64,000 bases of DNA from a virus (lineage: Duplodnaviria; Caudoviricetes). The stretch is taken from positions 13,567 to 77,566 of the IMG/VR virus record IMGVR_UViG_2974703250_000001, one strand, 5' to 3'. Numbering within the stretch: the first letter of the stretch is position 1; the number at the start of each line of letters is the position of its first letter. Under the pieces are notes generated by a model that saw only the letters and a list, made by a program, of their open reading frames with translations, searched no databases and was not told where the DNA came from. Shown here in pieces: positions 57,328 to 64,000 of this stretch. A program made the position numbers and the translations under genes.

Positions 57328-58847
57328 CGTTAACCTCTCTTAGGCGCGCGTCGATCCAGTCGATACGGGCTTGCCGTTGCTCTATCTCACGCACTAGTTC
57401 GGCACGCTCAGCACCTAGCTTGGCGCGCTCGTTTCGGAGCATTGACGCTGCAACACTGTCCGGAATGTTCTTTAGAACATTAGCCATAGTTAAACCGCCC
57501 TAGTTCAGCCTCAGTTCGTTAAACTCGATGGCTTTTATGTGTGGGTTCGATTCTTTCCAGTCGGCTATTGCGCCTAGCACGTAGGTGACGGGTCCGTCGA
57601 ACTCGCGTACCACTACGGGCTGTAGTCCGTGGCGTTCGTAGCGGGCGTTGTCGAACCCGCTGATTCTTACGTACATGCGTACGCCTCCGCTGCTTGTACT
57701 CGGTGCTCGAAGCTGGGACGCACCGCCTGGTCATATGAGTCTAGCTTGACCAGCATGTTTCCGATCCGACTCACGGGCTCATTCCTCTTGCTTGAGTGCT
57801 TCGTGGCGGCGCTGTATGTCGTCGTTGAGTAGGCCCTCTAGGAGGGCGACACGCGACTTTAGCTCTGTTACCTGGTGTACCCACGCGTCAGCGTTGGCCT
57901 TGACGATGCCCTGCCAAGACTCTGACCAGCGCTGGTTCACGTCGTGGAGTCGCTGGATTTCGGCGACCAGTTCGGCGCGTGTCGCGGTGTCGAGGTCAAC
58001 TCGAATGTCACCCATGTCAGTCCTGTCCAGGCAGTGTGAGGCCGACCCTTGGTGGCAGTGTGGGGTGTAGGGCGACGACTGGGGTACCTCCGAAGTAGAG
58101 GGACGCCAGGACGACACGCCAGATCGCCTGTGCTTGCTCGTGCCATGCCAGCATGTCAGTTGTCCTCATCGTTGGGGTTCCAGAGCACTACGGCAGGAAA
58201 GGCTTCTTCGGGGAACTGGTGGCTCCACATGTAGTCGTCGTCCCCGGCGGGGTACCACGCTTCGTCCAACTGCCAAACGATCCGGTTGTTCTCGCCTAAG
58301 GCTTCGCCTCGAAACTGCACCACGGAGAACTGTGGCAGTTCGTTGAGTTCATCAACGTTGTCTACGCGCTTCATGTCAGCTCGCCATCGCCAGCGCGTCG
58401 TCCAGGTCGTCATCAGCCACAGCCTCAACCGCGGCCTTGAGACCGAACTTGCCCCGGTTGGACGTGTCCTTGAACGGGAGCTGCGGGTGCGGCTCATCCG
58501 GGAACACGGTGGTCCCGTCCTCATAGATGACGGTCAGTCCGGTCGGGCTGACCCACTTGATTTTGGCTTCGGTCATGTCAACCACGATACACAGCGTGTA
58601 CTCAGTGGTCAACACCAATTGTTTGGAGGCATTAAGCGCAATTTAGTTTGCGGTTAGCGCAATTTAGTTGGGGGCCGGGCCGGTGGCCGCTGAGCCCTGG
58701 TTAGGGCCGGGGTGGTGCGAAACCAAGCAGCTCCCACGGCTGAGGCCGGACCGCACTAAGCGGCTAAGGCTGGTCAGCGCGTATGAGACCTAAGGACCGG
58801 GGCGGTTCAGAACCGAGCAGCTCCCACCGAGAGGGGATGAATTAGCT

Positions 58848-59318
58848 ATGGGTGGACGCGGCGGCGCAGGCGGCGGGCGTGGTACCGGCGGTAACAGTAA
58901 CCCCGATTTGGACTCTAAGGATTCCTTAGACAATACCGCTGAGCAAACCTCAAACCCTAATGCCGCTGCTGACGCGCTAGGTCTCACTGGCGCGGATAAA
59001 GAACACTTTGTGAACGGTGCCAATGCTGAGGGCAAGCGGATTCCGCGCATTGGCCGCGATGAGAGCCAAGTGATTAAGCCAGCGGACGTGTCTAAGTTGG
59101 TCGCGGCCCATAAGGCCGCTGTGGTTGCGTATGAGCGCAAGCATGGCCGCTATGCCGCGCATGCCTACGCACGCGGCGGTTACTGGTCACTGTTGCGGGT
59201 TATCCGTACGGCTATGGCTGTGGGTGCCATCGCTACGCAAGCGCCAGCCGCGCCAGCTCTGGCAGCCGCTAACACGGCTCTCATGGCCGCGTACTGGACA
59301 CACAGGGCAGGCCGCTAG
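58848..59318 (+). CDS. Isolated rightward MGGRG-leader protein
   Basis: Starts MGGRGGAGGGRG; GAGGGG RBS; the only rightward ORF of note among the leftward operons. Confidence 0.6.
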   Translation: MGGRGGAGGGRGTGGNSNPDLDSKDSLDNTAEQTSNPNAAADALGLTGADKEHFVNGANAEGKRIPRIGRDESQVIKPADVSKLVAAHKAAVVAYERKHGRYAAHAYARGGYWSLLRVIRTAMAVGAIATQAPAAPALAAANTALMAAYWTHRAGR

Positions 59319-59422
59319 CCGTAACGGTGCGCTAAAGGCCGCTAGGTTCGACGCTAAGCGACGAAACCGGGTCAACCGGATAGATGGCACTAGCCAGCCG
59401 CTAGGGATGGCTTAGAAACGAC

Positions 59423-59454
59423 AAAAGCGCCAGGGTAGTAACTCACCCTGGCGC
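59423..59454 (-). terminator. Leftward intrinsic terminator
   Basis: GCGCCAGGG/CCCTGGCGC hairpin followed by TTTT on the minus strand. Confidence 0.75.
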
Positions 59455-59469
59455 TGTGTCTGGTACGGG

Positions 59470-60300
59470 CTAGGCCGCAATACCCAAGTCTCGGAGAATC
59501 TTGGTAACGATGGCCTCCCCATTGTCACCCATGCGGATAGATGGCAGATAAACCGCGTCCGGCCCGTAGCTCTCGACTACGCCATTCTCACCCTTAGCGG
59601 GGTAACCGTACGTGCCACCTACGCCGTAGTTGCTGTGCAGGTTCTCAGGCATATGGTGCATAGCGTTCAGGCCAAGTACCCGCATCATTGATGCGTCGGT
59701 GTACGCGTACATGACTGCGCCCATGTCCAGCGGTGCGCTTGCTGGCTTGATTTTGACGCTGGCGCGCCAGTGGTGCTTAGGCTTAGTCCAGCTAGGCGCA
59801 ACCGTAAAGTCTGCCCATAGCTCAGTGCTCCGTCCGCTGGACTCGATAGCCTTGACCAGAGCGACAACCAAGCGGCCACGTGCGGCCATCTCAGCGGTAG
59901 AGATACCGCAGCTAGCCGCAATGTTGGACACCAGCGTAACCACGGGCCGCTGGACTGGCGCGGCCTGGATCACGTATTCCACCATGCACTCAGGCTCACC
60001 GGTCATGTAGCGGCCCATGTCTACGTACGAGCCGCCAACGTCATACGTGCCCTGCAAGTCCTGAGCGTCAATCTGACGCATGGCCGCGTCAGTGAGTGAC
60101 CGGCTAGCGTCAAGCGCTTTGATGCCATTCTCTGGAATGCCAGCCTTAGCGCGGTCTACCGCGTCACCAAAGCTGGACACTCCGTAAAAGCTAGCGTTAC
60201 CTACGTGCTTGTGTTGGTTGTCCGCTTGGTAATCGGCGAACGCTGCAAGCGACGGATACACGTGCTGCAAAATGCGCTTGGACTCATTAACGGTGAACAT
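59470..60300 (-). CDS. vWA-like partner of AAA ATPase (paralogue 1)
   Basis: YDVGGSYVDMGRYMTGEPECM; directly downstream of the AAA gene; AGGAGA RBS before ATG 60300. Confidence 0.75.
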   Translation of the reverse strand: MFTVNESKRILQHVYPSLAAFADYQADNQHKHVGNASFYGVSSFGDAVDRAKAGIPENGIKALDASRSLTDAAMRQIDAQDLQGTYDVGGSYVDMGRYMTGEPECMVEYVIQAAPVQRPVVTLVSNIAASCGISTAEMAARGRLVVALVKAIESSGRSTELWADFTVAPSWTKPKHHWRASVKIKPASAPLDMGAVMYAYTDASMMRVLGLNAMHHMPENLHSNYGVGGTYGYPAKGENGVVESYGPDAVYLPSIRMGDNGEAIVTKILRDLGIAA

Positions 60301-60427
60301 GATTCTCCTAGAGGGTCGCGGGGTAGGTGGTTGTGGTGTGAGTGCCACGTTACAGGCCATGTACCCCGAACGCAAGCGACCCGGCTAGCTGAGTGCTAAC
60401 CGGGCCGCTAAGCGCTTAGGTACCGCT

Positions 60428-61681
60428 TTACGCGGCGACCTTACGCCAAGTGTCCTTATCCATACCCTTTTGCAGGGTCCAAGCGACTGCCTTATCCCAA
60501 TCGACACCCTTAGCCAGCAGAGCGGCCATGTTCTGGGACGCACGCGGGCTAATGGTCACTCCGGCGATGGCCTCACGCTGAACGTTGGCACGAACCTTTT
60601 GCACGTAGGACACGGCACGCTGAGTCAAGTCCTTAGCGGCACCCTTAGCCATCGCTGCGGCCATCTCGATATCGGTATCAATCTCGATAGTCATAGCGAT
60701 GAACCGGTCCTTAAACTCAGCGCTGAATTTCTGAGCCGCTGGGAACTCCCACGTAGGCCCGTCACCGTAGGTGTTGGTAGCGGCCAGGATCACGTGCTTG
60801 TCGTTCAGGTAGACGGTTTCACGGTTGGGCAGCGAGATAAACCGGTTGCTCAGCAGTGAGTTAAGCGCGGCCTGGATACCGGGGTGTGACCGGTCAAGTT
60901 CGTCAGTCAACAGAATGCCGCCCTCAGGGTTGCTAGCCCAGTCATAGACGACCGTAGGCACGAACTCACCGTTAGCGCTCATGTAGCCACGCAGCTCTGA
61001 GGCTGTGCTCTGCAAGTGAAAGCCGATCACGTAGAAGTCGCGGCCCAGTGCCTCAGCCACTTGCTGGCACATGTGAGTCTTACCCACACCCGGAGCACCG
61101 ACAAGCTGCACATTGCAGCCCGCGTCAATCGCGGCCAGCACGTCAAGGAACTGCTTGTGCGTGACACCTTCAATCTCGCGGGTTTCAGTCTCGGTCTGAA
61201 CGTACGTGCGGGTAGGCATAACCACGCCCTCGATAACGTCCTTAGCGATGGCCCGAACTTCATCCGCGTCAATCTGCGGGGTGCCCATGATCTGCTGTAG
61301 CAGCTTGCGCAGCATGTCAGCCTCAGACCCGTCGCTAGCCGGAGCGCCAGCCGCCGGGGTAGCCGGAGCCGGGGCGGGAGTAGGCACAGCCTCAGCGTCA
61401 CCGCTGCCGTTGTCCTCAGAGCCGGAGCCGGAGCCGGAGCCGCCGAACGCGTCACCGCCGGGCCGCTCAGGATCACCAAAAGCCTTAACGCAGATGTGAA
61501 CAAAAGACGAACTCACAGCCTGGCCCTGATCGGCAGACTTGGTAGCCGCGTTCTTAACAACCAAGTGCTCTACCCCGGCCTCGTCAGTGGCCAGGTAGAA
61601 CGGACCCTCAGCTTTGCAGGTCGGGCAGCCGGTACGCAGCGTCCGGATGCTCTGCTTGGTAAGGGTGCCGGTAACGCTCAT
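60428..61681 (-). CDS. MoxR/CbbQ/NorQ-type AAA+ ATPase
   Basis: GAPGVGKT, LLTDELDRS, ATNTYG, DRF; N-terminal CPTC and Pro/Gly linker. Confidence 0.9.
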   Translation of the reverse strand: MSVTGTLTKQSIRTLRTGCPTCKAEGPFYLATDEAGVEHLVVKNAATKSADQGQAVSSSFVHICVKAFGDPERPGGDAFGGSGSGSGSEDNGSGDAEAVPTPAPAPATPAAGAPASDGSEADMLRKLLQQIMGTPQIDADEVRAIAKDVIEGVVMPTRTYVQTETETREIEGVTHKQFLDVLAAIDAGCNVQLVGAPGVGKTHMCQQVAEALGRDFYVIGFHLQSTASELRGYMSANGEFVPTVVYDWASNPEGGILLTDELDRSHPGIQAALNSLLSNRFISLPNRETVYLNDKHVILAATNTYGDGPTWEFPAAQKFSAEFKDRFIAMTIEIDTDIEMAAAMAKGAAKDLTQRAVSYVQKVRANVQREAIAGVTISPRASQNMAALLAKGVDWDKAVAWTLQKGMDKDTWRKVAA

Positions 61682-61887
61682 GGTGTCCTCCGTAGGTGGT
61701 AGGTCGTGGTTGTGGTGTGCCCATTACGTTACAGCACGCGTACCTTAACGCGCAACTCTTAACTACAGACTATGTACTTTGTGCAGGTGAGACGGTGTGT
61801 CGACTGTCGCTAGCTGTGGTTAGGCGCAACGCAAAGCGACCCGGCTACCGCTTGGGTAACCGGGCCGCTAGGTGGTTGGTTAGTGGG

Positions 61888-62157
61888 CTACACGCGCCAG
61901 GTGCGATAGGTCGCTGTGTCACCGCTGGCAGTCGTCACGTGTCGCACGTAGCGACCTCCGTACGGGCCATCTGTAACCGTGTCGCCAGCCGCAGCGTGTC
62001 GGTCTGCGATCACGCTTAAAGCGCGTGCCGTCTCGTCAGCTCCGACGTACACCGCGCTACGTGGCGCGTCGCTCAGCGGGTCTTGGACAATAGTCCCGTT
62101 CGTGTCGGCATCGTTCGCGTGTACGCGGATACTGTGCCGGTAGATAGGTGTGCTCAT
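61888..62157 (-). CDS. Hypothetical protein
   Basis: AAGGA RBS. Confidence 0.55.
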   Translation of the reverse strand: MSTPIYRHSIRVHANDADTNGTIVQDPLSDAPRSAVYVGADETARALSVIADRHAAAGDTVTDGPYGGRYVRHVTTASGDTATYRTWRV

Positions 62158-62388
62158 GGTGTCTGGGTGTCCTTAGGTGTTGGTTGGGTTAAGTAGACAG
62201 GATGGCTTGCGCCAGCTCTACCGCTTGCAGTTCCGACAGTCCAATAAACGCGGACTGCCCGAACGTGTCGACAGTGCTTGCCACGTAGGTAACGCGTCCG
62301 TTGTCCCATAGCGCACGTTCCAGCCTGAACGTGTCTCCGTCGTCGTCGGTTGACTCATAGACGAGACTGAGGACATGGCTGGCGCTCA

Positions 62389-62631
62389 TCAGTTCCAACC
62401 GTCCGCGTCGGTGTACAGGTCGCAATCGTTCAGGTACACGTGACCGTCAACATTGGTCACTGTGCAGCGCATGACCGGGCCGCTACCGGTATCGGCCTTA
62501 GCGTGGCCGCTGAGCGTCAAGCTAAGGGCAGCCAGGGCAGCGCCAAGGGTGACGAGTAGCGCCAGCCGGTTAAGGCCGCGTCGGGTCAAGCTGCGCTGTG
62601 TTGTGACGTTGATCTGAGGTGTGGTGCTCAT
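62389..62631 (-). CDS. Small secreted protein
   Basis: TRRGLN basic patch, hydrophobic helix, AKA cleavage site; mature part has a Cys pair. Confidence 0.6.
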   Translation of the reverse strand: MSTTPQINVTTQRSLTRRGLNRLALLVTLGAALAALSLTLSGHAKADTGSGPVMRCTVTNVDGHVYLNDCDLYTDADGWN

Positions 62632-62714
62632 GGTGGCTAGTCCTTAGGTGGTTGTGGTTGTGGGTGGTTGGGTTGCGGCCCGGCTAGCTGAGTGCCAACC
62701 GGGCCGCACGATGG

Positions 62715-63119
62715 CTAGTAGCGACCCTTAGCCGCCGCGTAAGAGTTGTTCAGCCGGTCAATCAACCGGGTTGCCTCAGCGATCAAGTGCTCAGCCTCAG
62801 CGGTAGCCCAATCGCCGGGCAGGATGGCCGCGTGCGGTAGTGCCCGCTGTGCCGTTGCAATGGCGCTCTGTGCGTATCCGACGCGGCTGGACATGTAAGC
62901 CCTATCCATGAGCCCGTGAGCCCGTGCCATGAGTCGGCTGTGTGCCGTATCGGCCTCAGCACGTGCGGCCCACTGGTGCATGTCCTCAATCTCATCAGCG
63001 GTAGGCATGGTGTCCGGGTCGCTGTGGTCCGCGTAGTGGTCAATCGTGCCCGCAACCATGCGCTTGGTCTCGATATCGGTAATGGTGTCCAGAAGCTGGT
63101 CAATGTAGGTGGTGCTCAT
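62715..63119 (-). CDS. Hypothetical protein (first gene of the right-end leftward operon)
   Basis: GGAGG RBS before MSTTYIDQ; promoter TTGCGC-18-TACGGT at 63160-63189. Confidence 0.65.
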   Translation of the reverse strand: MSTTYIDQLLDTITDIETKRMVAGTIDHYADHSDPDTMPTADEIEDMHQWAARAEADTAHSRLMARAHGLMDRAYMSSRVGYAQSAIATAQRALPHAAILPGDWATAEAEHLIAEATRLIDRLNNSYAAAKGRY

Positions 63120-63249
63120 GGTGTGTACCTCCGGTGAGTAGTGGTTGTGGTGTGCCATCACCGTACACCGCATGTACGTATACGCGCAAGCCTTAGCACT
63201 TAGGTCGCTTAGGGCAGTGGTCGCGGTACGAAACCAAGCAGCTTTTTAG

Positions 63250-63660
63250 AACGCTGCACACACACCCACACCACAAACCGGGCCATCACTCACACAGCCA
63301 TGCCACACCATGCGTCCACACAGCCCACAGCCCATACAGCGCCATATCCACGCGCCACACACAGCAGAGCGCACACAGGGCACACAGCGACCCGCTAGCA
63401 GCCACACACAGCCATCCATAGCGCTACGCCATGCCATCGCATAGGCACACCCAACACAGCCGCTCACGGAGCGCTACAGCCACACATCCACACACAGCCT
63501 CAGGGCAAGCACACACAGGGCACAGGGCAGCGCTACGCCATAGGGCACACACACCACACAGCACAGCCACCTAAGGCCATGCCTAAGCCATCGCTACCGC
63601 ACAGCCATAGGGCACACAGGGCACAGCGCTAAGGCACACACACAGAGCAACCTAAGGCCA
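63250..63660. repeat. CA-rich low-complexity tract (CACACAG-type units)
   Basis: Many CACACAG(C/G)/CACAGCC units with strong strand asymmetry; no credible ORF. Confidence 0.75.
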
Positions 63661-63990
63661 TCCCTCAAGGGTGCGACACACAGGGAACGCAACACACCGA
63701 CATAGTTGACACAGTGCGTACATGGTGTGTACCATGCCCCACCTTACGGTCGAGCTAACAGATCAAAGTGTTTGCTGGGCACACCCTAACGCATTGTTTC
63801 TAGCAAACACCCTTCACAACGCTCTGACCAGCACAAACGGTTATCGCTTAGGTGTCGAGAACTGTGACTAACCAGGCCGCTTAGACGTTGCCATGCCGCA
63901 GCAAACGCCCTCGAAAAGCGCTCTGACCTGGTGTTATGTCGTCACAATGACCCCCTGGGGGGTATCCCGCGAGCTTAGCCGGAGCCCTCC

Positions 63991-64000
63991 TCGATCAGCC
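63991..64000 (+). other. Genome right end, 10-nt 3' cohesive overhang TCGATCAGCC
   Basis: The window ends exactly on this decamer, which I recall as the Cluster L cos sequence. Confidence 0.7.

Noticed and set aside
63246-63467. 73-aa Cys/Val/Gly-rich minus-strand ORF
   Set aside because: Translation of the TG-rich strand of the low-complexity tract; no RBS.

Overview
This window is the right-hand 64 kb of a temperate mycobacteriophage genome. It ends in TCGATCAGCC, which I recall as the Cluster L 3' overhang, so the Cluster L assignment comes from memory plus gene architecture, not from a search. In order it contains: the tape-measure C-terminus and minor tail genes; the lysis cassette; a leftward Lsr2/nucleotidyltransferase block; attP and a tyrosine integrase; the repressor/Cro/Xis switch; a long rightward early/middle region; 13 rightward tRNAs plus one leftward tRNA-Lys(UUU); and leftward right-arm operons ending in a MoxR-type AAA ATPase with two vWA-like paralogues. 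The best leads are: (1) a PRPP-synthetase-like gene and a NAMPT-like gene (NARP1-type NAD+ reconstitution) with a RyR-domain gene between them; (2) a TROVE/vWA (Ro60-like, DUF2828-type) gene followed by three tandem Y-RNA-like stems, one with a circularly permuted tRNA mimic; (3) a DUF4417 gene followed by an ART-like protein with an MGGRG N-terminus, with a second MGGRG protein elsewhere; (4) a short attP core matching a tRNA-Lys(UUU) anticodon arm, with a lone antisense phage tRNA-Lys(UUU); (5) an unexplained tRNA-like RNA near 21.4 kb and a 350-nt structured gap in the tRNA cluster; (6) two families of palindromic operators, GTAC-N7-GTAC and GTCCG-N6-CGGAC. All domain calls come from motif recognition by eye. 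RNA and motif coordinates were counted by hand and may be off by 1-2 nt.
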